Positions 1 to 9,383 of a DNA stretch of 64,000 bases are shown here, piece after piece. Position 1 is the stretch's first letter; each line of letters begins with the position of its first letter. A model generated the notes under the pieces. It had not been told where the DNA came from, did no database searches, and saw only the letters and a list, made by a program, of their open reading frames with translations. Position numbers and translations under genes: made by a program. The DNA is taken from IMG/VR virus record IMGVR_UViG_642918881_000001, positions 5,905 to 69,904 of that record. One strand, 5' to 3'. Source of the DNA: a virus (Duplodnaviria > Caudoviricetes).

Positions 1-1540
1 CCAGCTGCTCAAGCGCGCCGCCGAGTGCCTTACCGTGCCCGGCGAGCACCGCATTGTGCTGCTCGACCAGGGCGACAAGAACCCTGACGGCAGCGTTCGA
101 CACAACTGGTACGTCGTAACGAACGACGAGGTAAAGAACAAGGGCGGCGGCAAGACCGACATCGAACTGCCCGACGGCTCCATCCACGAATATCGCAAGA
201 ACCGCGACGTGATGTTCCGCGTGTGGAATCCGCGCCCGCGCCGGGCCAAGGAGCCCGACAGCCCCGTGCGCGCCTGCCTGGACAGCCTGCGCGAAATCAT
301 CCGCACTACCAAGAAGATCCGCAACGCCAGCAAGTCTCGGCTGATCGGTAACGGCGTGGTGTTCCTGCCGCAGGAACTCAGCCTGCCCAGCGCCCACGCG
401 CCGACGGCCGACAACCAGCCCGGCGCGCCCGTGCCGGTGGTGACGGGCGTGCCCGCCGCCGACGAGCTGAGCAACCTGCTGTTCCAGACGGCAGCGGCAG
501 CGGTGGACGACGAGGACAGCCAGGCGGCGCTCATCCCGTTGCTGGCCACCGTGCCCGGCGAGCACTTGCAGAAAATCTTTCACCTCAAGATCGGTAACGA
601 AATCACCGAGGTGGAAATCAAGACACGCAACGACGCCATTGCGCGCCTGGCCATGGGCCTGGACGTAAGCCCTGAGCGGCTGCTGGGCCTGGGCAGCAAC
701 AGCAACCACTGGAGCGCCTGGCAGATCGGTGACGAGGACGTACAGCTGCACATCAAGCCCGTGATGGAGGTGCTGTGCGCGGCGATCTACCGCGAGGTGC
801 TGGTGTCGGTGCTGCGCGCCGAAGGCATCGACCCCGACAAGTACGTTCTGTGGTACGACGCCAGCGGTCTGACCGTCGACCCCGACAAGACCGACGAGGC
901 CACCGCCGCCAAGGAGCAGGGTGCCATCACCCATGAGGCTTACCGGCGCTACCTGGGGCTTGCCGACGACGACGGGTACGACCTGGAAACCCTGGAAGGT
1001 GCCCAGGCATGGGCGCGCGACGCCATCGTGGCCGATCCCGCACTGATCACCACGTTGGCCCCGCTGCTGGAGGGAACCGACCTGGGCGAGCTGGACTTCC
1101 CCACGCCACAGCCTGCGTTGCCGCCGGGCGAGGAGGACCAGGCCGACGACGAGCAGGACAGCACCGGCAGCGAGCCCGGCACCGAAAACGACGCCGAGGC
1201 CGCAGCCCGCGTCAGCAGCGTGGCCGACATGGTGCTGGCCGAGCGCCTGCTGACAACGCGGGCGCTGGGCCTGGCCGGTAAGCGCCGCGTGAACGTGCGC
1301 GACAGCGCCCAGAAGGCACGGCTGGCGGGCATTGCTCCGCACGACTACCACCGCGTGATGGGGCCGGTGCCCGACGCCGAGATTCCCCGCCTGATCAACG
1401 GCTGGGACGAAGGGCTGGAAGAGGAGGCCCTGGCGCTGCTCGGTATCGACAGCGAGCGCACCGAGGCGCTGCGCCGCACCGTGCGCGCCCAGGTACGGCG
1501 TGAGCTGACCATGCAGGTTGTCGACGCGGAGGTGTGCTGA
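1..1540 (+). CDS. portal protein (5'-truncated by window)
   Basis: Open frame runs from the window edge to TGA 1540. It lies directly upstream of the MuF/protease gene, and motifs such as VFRVWNPRPRRAKEPDSPVRA and NHWSAWQI resemble actinophage portals. Confidence 0.85.
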   Translation, partial: QLLKRAAECLTVPGEHRIVLLDQGDKNPDGSVRHNWYVVTNDEVKNKGGGKTDIELPDGSIHEYRKNRDVMFRVWNPRPRRAKEPDSPVRACLDSLREIIRTTKKIRNASKSRLIGNGVVFLPQELSLPSAHAPTADNQPGAPVPVVTGVPAADELSNLLFQTAAAAVDDEDSQAALIPLLATVPGEHLQKIFHLKIGNEITEVEIKTRNDAIARLAMGLDVSPERLLGLGSNSNHWSAWQIGDEDVQLHIKPVMEVLCAAIYREVLVSVLRAEGIDPDKYVLWYDASGLTVDPDKTDEATAAKEQGAITHEAYRRYLGLADDDGYDLETLEGAQAWARDAIVADPALITTLAPLLEGTDLGELDFPTPQPALPPGEEDQADDEQDSTGSEPGTENDAEAAARVSSVADMVLAERLLTTRALGLAGKRRVNVRDSAQKARLAGIAPHDYHRVMGPVPDAEIPRLINGWDEGLEEEALALLGIDSERTEALRRTVRAQVRRELTMQVVDAEVC

Positions 1541-4038
1541 TGTGGCCGCTGCCTGGTGAGGCGCTGAACCGGACCATCGAGGTGGAGGCGGGCATTGCCG
1601 ACCTGTACGCCGAGGTGCTGAACACCTGGTGCAGCCAGGCCCGCGCTGCTGTTCTTCCCGAGCTGACCACCAGCGAAAACAACGCTCTCACTGCGGATGG
1701 AAGTTTGCCACCGGAGCCGGGAGGGATAGATGAAACTGCCGGGTTCTGGGATCAACACTCGACTGAGTTGATCCTAGCAGGTATGTCAAATTTGTACGCA
1801 TTGTCGCTGGTTGAGGGAATGGAAGGTATGGATATTCCCTTGCCAGACATCAATTTGACCGGACGTGAACGCCCTGTCGTTCCGGCGTCCGTCGTTCGGT
1901 CGATTACTTCGACAAGCTCGGTAGCTGAGGCTGACATCCAGCGGGCTGCGGACATTGTGGAAAGCGTGCCGGAGCTGCGCCAGGCCCGCGACGACTTCGT
2001 GGCGGCGCAGCGGCCGGACGTGGCAGCGGTGCCCAAGGTGGTGCAGGCCAAGGTCCAGGCGGCGGTGGCAGCGGTGAAGGTCGACGCCGCCCAGTACGAC
2101 CCCATGCACACCGACAGCGGCGTGCCCGTGATCGAGGTGTACGTCACCCGCCAGCGGGAGGCGGCGGCGGCGGTGCTCACGCCCGGTAGCCCCGAGCTGC
2201 GCGACGTGGCCCGTAACGAGGGCTACCAGGCGGCGGGCATCCAGAACGCTGCGGTGGTGGTCGCGGCGGCGCAGTCCGAGGACGTGCTGGAGAAGGTGTG
2301 GATCGCCACTATCGACGGCAAGACGCGGCATACGCACTTTGCCGCCGACGGTCAGCGCGCACCCCTCGCCGGTAAGTTCACGGTCGGTGCCGCGCTGCTG
2401 GACTTCCCAGCGGACCCCGCTGGCCCGGCGGCAGAGGTGAAGAACTGCCGCTGCCGGGTCGGCATCCTGGCACCGGACGAGGAGCTGCCAGATGAGGTCG
2501 ACCGGCACACCGAGCGCCTTAACGGGCGCGACAGCGTGCAAGTCAACCGGCAGGGTAGCCAGTCCGACGAGATTGCCCGCCGGGCCAAGCAGGGCACGAT
2601 CCGCGCCCGCGACGACGAGGACGGCGTAGGTCGAACGGCCAGCGCCGCACCGAGCGAACAGGAGTACGACATGCCGCAGCCGACCCCGGCCGACACCGCC
2701 GCAGCACTGGCCGCAGAAGCCGACGACGATGCCGCCGAGACGTTCCGCGTGTTCACCGACCAGCCCATCGCGTTCGTCGGCATCGAGACCAGCGATGGTC
2801 GGATGCTGGCCACCGACATCGAGTTCAGCGTGCGCACCCCGCCGCTGCCGATGATGTGGACCAAGCAGACCGGGTATGGCCATGAGGACGCCTTCACGGT
2901 GGGCGTCATCGAGAGCGCCCGCGTGGACGGCGACACCATCCGTGGGTCCGGCTACTGGCTGAACACCACCGAGGCCGACGAGGCTTTCAACGAGGCCAGC
3001 CACAAGGTCAGTCGCCCGAGCGTCGACCTGGCGCGCACCGAGTGGAAGCTGACCGACGAGGACGGCAACGAAATCACCGAGGAGCAGTGGTGGGACATGC
3101 CCATCGACGCCAAGGTGATTCAGACGATTACCGCCGCCGAGCTGATCGGCACGACCATGGTGGCCACGCCTGCGTTCGGCGACACCATGATCGAGTTCTC
3201 CGGTGAGCGCGAGACCCGCGATGCTGCCCTGGTGGCCAGCGCCGCCGAGGCTTTCCGGCCGCGCGTGTACGCCGCCGGTCTGTTCTCCGATCCGCAGCTG
3301 ACCGGCCCCACGCTGCCCACCATGGACAGCGACACCGGGCGCATTTTCGGTCACCTGGCGTGCTTCGGTGCCTGCCATCGCAGTATCCAGGCTGAGTGCG
3401 TGGTGGCCCCGCGCAGCCGCACCGGGTACAGCATGTTCCACACCAGCCCGGCCGTACGTCTGGACGACGGCACCAGCCTGCCGGTGGGACGGCTCACTGT
3501 GGGCAGCGGCCACGCGCCCGACCACGTGAGCGGCCAGGTGGCGGCGGCGCACTACGACACCGCCGGTACCTGCTTCGCGCTGGTGCGCGTGGGTGAGGAC
3601 AAGCACGGCATCTGGTTCTCCGGCGTGGCCGCACCCTGGGCCACCGCCGAGCAGATCGAAATGGGCCTGTCCGCGCCGCTGTCCGGCGACTGGCGCGACT
3701 TCGGCCAGGGCCTGGAGCTGGTGGCGGCGCTGGCGGTGAACACGCCCGGCTTCGCGGTGCGTGGCCGTGAAGGTGACCAGGGCCAGCCGCTGGCGCTGGT
3801 GGCCAGCTTGGGACCGAACCCGCGCGGTGCGGCCACCAAGGGCGGTAACACGTTGAGCGCCAATGCCATTGCCGACATCGTGAAGAACGCGGTGTCCACT
3901 GCCCTGGCCCAGCGCGATACCGACGCCGAGCTGGCCGTGCTGTTGGCCAAGGCCGACGACAAGCTGGGGCCAATGCCCACGCCGAACGACGAGGTGGCCG
4001 AGCTGCTGGCCGAGGTCGACGCAAAGGCCGGTGCCTGA
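1540..4038 (+). CDS. MuF-like minor head protein / capsid maturation protease fusion
   Basis: MuF motifs KVWIATIDGKTRHTH..ADGQ and EVKNCRC are followed by a protease-like region (GIETSDGR...GVIESA...SVDL). ATG 1540 overlaps the portal stop. Confidence 0.85.
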   Translation: MWPLPGEALNRTIEVEAGIADLYAEVLNTWCSQARAAVLPELTTSENNALTADGSLPPEPGGIDETAGFWDQHSTELILAGMSNLYALSLVEGMEGMDIPLPDINLTGRERPVVPASVVRSITSTSSVAEADIQRAADIVESVPELRQARDDFVAAQRPDVAAVPKVVQAKVQAAVAAVKVDAAQYDPMHTDSGVPVIEVYVTRQREAAAAVLTPGSPELRDVARNEGYQAAGIQNAAVVVAAAQSEDVLEKVWIATIDGKTRHTHFAADGQRAPLAGKFTVGAALLDFPADPAGPAAEVKNCRCRVGILAPDEELPDEVDRHTERLNGRDSVQVNRQGSQSDEIARRAKQGTIRARDDEDGVGRTASAAPSEQEYDMPQPTPADTAAALAAEADDDAAETFRVFTDQPIAFVGIETSDGRMLATDIEFSVRTPPLPMMWTKQTGYGHEDAFTVGVIESARVDGDTIRGSGYWLNTTEADEAFNEASHKVSRPSVDLARTEWKLTDEDGNEITEEQWWDMPIDAKVIQTITAAELIGTTMVATPAFGDTMIEFSGERETRDAALVASAAEAFRPRVYAAGLFSDPQLTGPTLPTMDSDTGRIFGHLACFGACHRSIQAECVVAPRSRTGYSMFHTSPAVRLDDGTSLPVGRLTVGSGHAPDHVSGQVAAAHYDTAGTCFALVRVGEDKHGIWFSGVAAPWATAEQIEMGLSAPLSGDWRDFGQGLELVAALAVNTPGFAVRGREGDQGQPLALVASLGPNPRGAATKGGNTLSANAIADIVKNAVSTALAQRDTDAELAVLLAKADDKLGPMPTPNDEVAELLAEVDAKAGA

Positions 4039-4259
4039 TGGGGTGCGGGTGCGGCGGCGGTGCCGGTAGCAACCGGAACGACACCATCGGCTACTACGTG
4101 GTGACACCGGACGGCGACACGCTGCCCGCTGGCGTGAACCCGGCCGACCCCGACGCCGGGGAGCCGCCGTACGCCTTCTACCAGGAGGCGCACAACCAGG
4201 TCGTCCTGAATGGCGGCGGTACCGTGCGACGGCTGCGCAAACAGCCCGCCACCGCGTGA
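4038..4259 (+). CDS. small head-region protein (MGCGCGG...)
   Basis: TGATG overlap with the previous gene; lies between protease and capsid. Confidence 0.75.
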   Translation: MGCGCGGGAGSNRNDTIGYYVVTPDGDTLPAGVNPADPDAGEPPYAFYQEAHNQVVLNGGGTVRRLRKQPATA

Positions 4260-4369
4260 TTGCACGCCCGTCGTCTACGTTTGGCCAGCAGAGAGTTCCC
4301 GTCCGAGTTATGTACCGGGGGATGATCACCGAGAACCATATTGGCGCTGCTTGAGACAAGGAGTTCGCA

Positions 4370-6166
4370 GTGTTCGTCTCCCCTGCTCCGCATTACGGCG
4401 TGAGCACCCGCAAGGTCGGCCAGTTCGCGCATCAGATGCCGCAGGCCCTGCCCGAGACCGCCGCCGAGCTGGCTGCGCTGCTCGAAAGTGCTCAGGCCGA
4501 CATCAACGACATCCGTGCCCGCCACGCGGCCGGTGAAACTCTCACCGGTGCCGATGCCGTCCGCTTGAAGTCGCTTCTGGGCGACGTGGACACCATCACC
4601 GCCGCGCAGGCTGCCGCTGCACTGGCCGAGCCCGCCGACGCCGACGAGGTGGCCGGTCTGCTCAGCCAGGCCGACGCCGCCACCGCCGCGCCGGAAGCCC
4701 CCGAGGCCCCGGCCGACGAGGCACCGGAAGCCCCCGAGGGCGATGCCGGTGGCGCTGCACCCGAGGCCCCGGCCGATGCGCCGCAGGTTCCGGTCGCGGC
4801 CAGCGCGCCGCCCGCTGCCACCAACGGCAACCGGCCGGTCAGCTTCAGTCCTGCCGTGACCGGTGCGCCGCCCGCGCCCGCCGACGGTGAAGAGTCCACG
4901 CCGGGATGGGTTGTGCAGCCGGGTGTTCCCGGCTACAAGCCCGACACCAAGGTGGGCTTCGCGCAGCTGGCCAAGCAGCTCGACACCATCCGGCCGGGCA
5001 GCCGGTCGGTGCGTGGCAACCGGCCCGACAAGCACATCGACGGTCAGTCGTTCAGCGCCCAGGTGGTGTCGGCACTGACCCGCGACGTGGAGGTGGTGGA
5101 CGACCCGCACGCGCTGGTCGCGGCCATCAACAAGGCCACCAGCCTGGTGAAGGGTGAGCGCGTTACCGCGCAGTCCCTGACCGCTGCCGGTGGCTGGTGC
5201 GCACCGTCGGAGCAGCTGTACGACTTCTGCGACGTGCCGGAGGCCACCGACCTGCTCTCGCTGCCGGAAATCACCATCAACCGTGGTGGTATCCGCTGGC
5301 CGCGCGAGCCTGATCTGTCCGGCATCTTCGAGGACTTCGAGTGGTTTTTCACCGAGCCTGAGCTGGAGGCCACCGACCCCGTTACCGGTGCCCCGACCGC
5401 GATCAAGCAGTGCGTCGAAATCCCCTGCCCCGAGGACTTTGACGAAATCCGCCTGAACGCCGTGGGCTGGTGCGTGGAGGCCGGAATCCTCCAGGAGCAG
5501 GGCTGGCCGGAGCTGATCGAGTGGTTTATGCGCTCGCTCACTCAGGAGCACCTGCGGGCGCTGTCCCGCCGGTCCATCCTGAACATCGTGGCGGGCTCCG
5601 GTGCCGCCAAGGTGATCCCGCCGACCAGCGTCATGGGTTCGGTTGCGTCGGTGCTCAACAGCCTTGCGCTGATGGCCACCAACATCCGGCTCAAGCGGGG
5701 TCTGTCGCGCACCGCCACCATCGAGGGCATCGCCCCGAGCTGGTTCTTCGAGGTGCTGCGCGCCGACCTGGCGTTCCGCGAGGGCACCGACACGTTCGCC
5801 GTGTCGGACGCCCAGATTGTCGGATGGCTGACGGCGCGCAACATCGCGCTCCAGTTCGTCGGTGACTGGCAGACCCGTGCTGCTGGCCTGCCCGGCAACC
5901 TGGACACGCTGGTCTGGCCGAGCACGGTTCAGCTGGTGCTGTACCCGGCGGGTACCTGGTTCCGTTCGATGAGCAACGTCATCGAGCTGGGCGTCATGTA
6001 CCCCAAGGAGCAGTTGCAGGTGAACCGTTTCACCCGCATGTTCACCGAGGACGCGATTGCCGTCGGCAAGCGCTGCGGTGAGTCCGTGCTGGTGACCGTG
6101 CCGCTCGACGTGACCGGCGCGATTGGTCAGCGCGAGTACCTGGCCGCGAACCAGCCCGCACCGTAG
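4370..6166 (+). CDS. major capsid protein (hexamer type) with N-terminal scaffold-like region
   Basis: AAGGAG RBS; Ala/Glu/Pro-rich N-terminus, then LTAAGGWCAPSEQLYDFC capsid segment; followed by a terminator-like hairpin. Confidence 0.88.
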   Translation: MFVSPAPHYGVSTRKVGQFAHQMPQALPETAAELAALLESAQADINDIRARHAAGETLTGADAVRLKSLLGDVDTITAAQAAAALAEPADADEVAGLLSQADAATAAPEAPEAPADEAPEAPEGDAGGAAPEAPADAPQVPVAASAPPAATNGNRPVSFSPAVTGAPPAPADGEESTPGWVVQPGVPGYKPDTKVGFAQLAKQLDTIRPGSRSVRGNRPDKHIDGQSFSAQVVSALTRDVEVVDDPHALVAAINKATSLVKGERVTAQSLTAAGGWCAPSEQLYDFCDVPEATDLLSLPEITINRGGIRWPREPDLSGIFEDFEWFFTEPELEATDPVTGAPTAIKQCVEIPCPEDFDEIRLNAVGWCVEAGILQEQGWPELIEWFMRSLTQEHLRALSRRSILNIVAGSGAAKVIPPTSVMGSVASVLNSLALMATNIRLKRGLSRTATIEGIAPSWFFEVLRADLAFREGTDTFAVSDAQIVGWLTARNIALQFVGDWQTRAAGLPGNLDTLVWPSTVQLVLYPAGTWFRSMSNVIELGVMYPKEQLQVNRFTRMFTEDAIAVGKRCGESVLVTVPLDVTGAIGQREYLAANQPAP

Positions 6167-6188
6167 GGCTGGCAGCTACGTCAAGACT

Positions 6189-6237
6189 GAAGGCGGGCGA
6201 TGTGAGCAACCCGAGGCCGCTCGCATTGCCCGCCTTC
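6189..6237 (+). terminator. hairpin after major capsid
   Basis: GAAGGCGGGCGATGTGAGC...GCTCGCATTGCCCGCCTTC inverted repeat followed by TCT. Confidence 0.65.
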
Positions 6238-6259
6238 TCTCGTCTCACCAGGAGGACAC

Positions 6260-7057
6260 ATGACCGCCCCCGTTGACGTGATCGACGTGGTTCACTTCAC
6301 GCCGCCGCCGCTCAACCCGACCACCTATGGCCTGTACGGCGCGGTGGGCACCTGGCAGACCGACCCCGACAACCGGTGGCACCACGGCGTGGAGTTCCGC
6401 TCTGGCGGCAACTACGGCGGCGAGGGCAGCTTCGGCATCTGGAACGCGCCCTGGTGCGGCACGCCCGACCCGGCCGATCAGCTCAAGACCGGCGAACGGC
6501 CGGACAACCTGGACCCTTTCTATCCCGTGACGGTCTGGGCGTACGACGAGTGCGACCTGACCGCGCCCAGCCGGGCCGAGGTGGAAGCCCGCGCCGCCCA
6601 GGTGCTGCGCCTGGAGGAGCAGGTGGCAGTGGAGCGCGAGTTCGCCGCGCGCCTGCTGCTGGACGCCGCCGATCTGGAGACGCCCATCCCCACCGCCGCC
6701 AGCCTGGCGCTGGCGGTCGGCGCGCTGGAAGGCGCTGCGGCGCTCACGAACACGCAGGTGTATTTCCATGTCGGCGCGCAGTGGGTCAGCCAGGATCCAA
6801 CCGGCGCGCTGTTCAAGAAGTCCGGCACCACCTGGACCAGCCCCTTGGGCAATATCTGGGTGGTCGGAGGCGGCTACGTGGACGGGCTGGAGGACACCAT
6901 CGTGGCCACCAGCCAGCCCTACGGCTGGCGCGACGAAGCCACCGTGCGCACCGCCATTGACGAGAAGCACAACCTGTTCGCTGCCGTGGCTGAGCGTAGC
7001 GTCCTGGTTGGATACGAGGCGGTCATCGCCGCTGTGACCATCACCCCGGCCCCGTAA
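6260..7057 (+). CDS. second capsid protein (putative pentamer capsid protein as annotated in cluster B phages)
   Basis: AGGAGG RBS; 265 aa immediately after the major capsid; call rests on synteny. Confidence 0.65.
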   Translation: MTAPVDVIDVVHFTPPPLNPTTYGLYGAVGTWQTDPDNRWHHGVEFRSGGNYGGEGSFGIWNAPWCGTPDPADQLKTGERPDNLDPFYPVTVWAYDECDLTAPSRAEVEARAAQVLRLEEQVAVEREFAARLLLDAADLETPIPTAASLALAVGALEGAAALTNTQVYFHVGAQWVSQDPTGALFKKSGTTWTSPLGNIWVVGGGYVDGLEDTIVATSQPYGWRDEATVRTAIDEKHNLFAAVAERSVLVGYEAVIAAVTITPAP

Positions 7058-7068
7058 GGAGACCTGAC

Positions 7069-7920
7069 ATGCCTGCCGGAATCATCGCTACCGTCGACGG
7101 AGGGTTTGCCACCATCGACTTCCTGGACAAGTCGCTGCGCGGTCCCGCCCTGGCCGAGCTTGTCGAAATCGGTGGCCCTGCCAGTGTCGAGACCATCACC
7201 CGTGATGGCCCGCGCCGCAAGTACCGCGTGCCGGTGGGCAATGCCCAGGCGGCGGGCCTGCTCGACGGCGACGAGGTGGGTGACGTGTGGTCTGCCGGGC
7301 GCGACACCGGCGCAGCGGCGGCAACCGTCGCGGCCGACCCGAACGTCAACCCTGGCGCGGATAACGCCAACTGGCACACCCCGGTGGACCAGTACACCAG
7401 CGCGAACAAGTACGTGGGCCAGGTGCCGAACGCCACCGTGCTGCACAACCGGGGCCAGGTCTACACCGGTGACGCCGACAGCGCAGGCGGCGACCTCGCA
7501 CACCCGCCGACGCACGCCGAGGTCATCCAGAACGTCAAGGACGCCAAGACGCCGCCGACGCAGGGCTTCGCGGCACCGCAGGCCCGCGCGGCGGTGGTCG
7601 CGGGCAGCCTGGCCGAGCAGGACGCCGCCCTGGGCAGCGACCCCGGTGGCTGGGCACCACAGCCCGGTGAGGGCACCGAGGCGGTGGAAGCGCCCACAGA
7701 GGCCGACGTTTCGGCCCCCAGCGAGCCGCAGGGCAGCGAAACACCGGCCACCGAGGTAACCACACCGGCCGATGAGTCCGCATACCCTGACGGGGAGCCC
7801 ACGGTGGACTGGACCCGCAAGCAGCTGGACGCCTACGCGGCCGACAAGCTGGGCCTGGACACCACCAAGCTCGAAAGCAAGGCGGCTGTGGTGGCCGCGA
7901 TCAACGCACCCAAGGAGTAG
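7069..7920 (+). CDS. virion/head-associated protein with C-terminal helix-extension-helix-like motif
   Basis: AAGGAG RBS; C-terminus DWTRKQLDAYAADKLGLDTTKLESKAAVVAAI. Confidence 0.6.
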   Translation: MPAGIIATVDGGFATIDFLDKSLRGPALAELVEIGGPASVETITRDGPRRKYRVPVGNAQAAGLLDGDEVGDVWSAGRDTGAAAATVAADPNVNPGADNANWHTPVDQYTSANKYVGQVPNATVLHNRGQVYTGDADSAGGDLAHPPTHAEVIQNVKDAKTPPTQGFAAPQARAAVVAGSLAEQDAALGSDPGGWAPQPGEGTEAVEAPTEADVSAPSEPQGSETPATEVTTPADESAYPDGEPTVDWTRKQLDAYAADKLGLDTTKLESKAAVVAAINAPKE

Positions 7921-7923
7921 CTG

Positions 7924-8325
7924 ATGACCGGTCATCAGACCGCACTCAGCGTCCGCGCGTGGCTCCAGGCCCGTATCCCGGCGAGCTGGCTGGAGGGCTG
8001 GTACCGCCTGGCGTCGGGCCTGGTCATGTTCCTGTTCGCCTTCGGGCTGCTGACGGCCGACGCTGTAACGCTGTGGCTCCAGCTGGCCGTGGCGACGGTC
8101 ACGCTGCTGTTCGCGCTGCTGTACGCCACGTCGCCCTGGCGCGTGGCCCTGTACGCCATCGTGGCCCCGGTGGGCGCGGTGCTGCTGTACTACGGCGTGG
8201 TTGACGACGTGCGCTGGGCACTGATCAGCGCCGCCGTCGCGCAGGTATTCGGCATTACCACAGCGGCGGCTAAGACGGTCACTGTCGATACCGGCGGTGT
8301 AGGCATTGGCCCGTCGGTACGGTGA
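7924..8325 (+). CDS. putative holin (about 4 TM segments)
   Basis: Strongly hydrophobic 133-aa protein with AAGGAG RBS, at the cluster B holin position. Confidence 0.65.
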   Translation: MTGHQTALSVRAWLQARIPASWLEGWYRLASGLVMFLFAFGLLTADAVTLWLQLAVATVTLLFALLYATSPWRVALYAIVAPVGAVLLYYGVVDDVRWALISAAVAQVFGITTAAAKTVTVDTGGVGIGPSVR

Positions 8326-8693
8326 CGAACCCATGGGACGGCCCCCGTCACCGTTCGTGGGCATCGAACACGATGCTCACGTTCGTGCTGCTGGTCGTGC
8401 TCATCATCGCCACCGTCATCAGTGACTACTGGGGTGAGCCACCGAACTACCTGGTGGGCTTGCTGGGCACTGCGGCCGGTGCGTTCTTCGCGGCCATCGG
8501 CAGCGACAAGCAGAAGAAGGACGCCGAGGTCCGTGAGACCGCCGAGCGTGCCGAGGCCAAGGCTGATGCCGTGGGGCGCGTGACCGCCGCCGAGCACCCC
8601 GAAATGGTCACTGAGATCACGCCGCCGTTCGCTCCCGAGGACGTTGGCGGAAGTAAGGGGGATGAGGATGGTGGGGGCGGTGGACCACGGTGA
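8322..8693 (+). CDS. membrane protein (2 TM plus coiled coil)
   Basis: GTGA overlap; two hydrophobic helices. Confidence 0.7.
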   Translation: MTNPWDGPRHRSWASNTMLTFVLLVVLIIATVISDYWGEPPNYLVGLLGTAAGAFFAAIGSDKQKKDAEVRETAERAEAKADAVGRVTAAEHPEMVTEITPPFAPEDVGGSKGDEDGGGGGPR

Positions 8694-9301
8694 CGCCTGT
8701 ACTTGAGCTGATCTACAGCTTCCCGTTCGTGACGGGGCTGCTGGTGGGCATTGCGGCTCAGCGGGTGTACGCCCACGCCATGTGTCGATACGAGAACGCG
8801 CATCACCCGTTGCCGGGCGGTCGTCAGCACCACGTGCAGGGCATCAACCGCATGTGGCTGGCCGGGCTGGTGCTGCTGGCCACCCTGGGCTATGTGCTGC
8901 TCCAGACCGGACAGACCGAGGCCAAGTATCGGGGCCTGGCCCGCGACGTGGCCCAGTGCCAGACCGAGTTCAACGCGGCGCTCAAGGCGCGCAGTGCCAT
9001 CGCCTCTGAGAACGACGAAATCAGCTTCAAGCAGCGGGGCATCCTGGCCCAGCTGGACGAGGCTGCCGGGGTACTGGTCAATCGCCAGCTGAACCCGCCG
9101 TCGGCCATTGCGGCACTGCCCACGAACGATCCCCGGCGGCTGGCCTGGAACGAGGACGTGACCCGTGTGTACTACGAGCGCACGCAGGGGCTGCGTGACG
9201 ACATCGCAGAGCTGCGCAAGCGTGAGGCCCAGCTGCAAGACGAGCGGCGCAAGCATCCACTGCCCGAACCGACGTGCGGCGTGTTGTCTCCGGCCGAGTA
9301 G
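8690..9301 (+). CDS. membrane protein (2 TM plus coiled-coil C-terminus)
   Basis: GTGA overlap; two hydrophobic segments and a long helical tail. Confidence 0.7.
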   Translation: MTPVLELIYSFPFVTGLLVGIAAQRVYAHAMCRYENAHHPLPGGRQHHVQGINRMWLAGLVLLATLGYVLLQTGQTEAKYRGLARDVAQCQTEFNAALKARSAIASENDEISFKQRGILAQLDEAAGVLVNRQLNPPSAIAALPTNDPRRLAWNEDVTRVYYERTQGLRDDIAELRKREAQLQDERRKHPLPEPTCGVLSPAE

Positions 9302-9383
9302 CTGCACCGTCGCCACCTAGTGTTTGAGCCAGCCTCGGAGACCGACCTGGCGCGCTGCGCCTGACACCAGGAGGAACCAGACA

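Noticed and set aside
1670-1935. Diversity-generating retroelement target or intron/intein explaining the low-GC patch
   Set aside because: No reverse transcriptase, template repeat or splice motifs seen; the frame is uninterrupted.
1786-4359. Very long antisense ORFs (for example 1786-4359, 42652-45936, 45993-48005, 21797-23944)
   Set aside because: Shadow ORFs expected opposite GC-rich genes; they lack RBS signals and motifs, and the opposite strand encodes recognisable proteins.
4685-4780. Short direct repeats in the capsid gene (APEAPE)
   Set aside because: Low-complexity linker coding; no sign of separate function.
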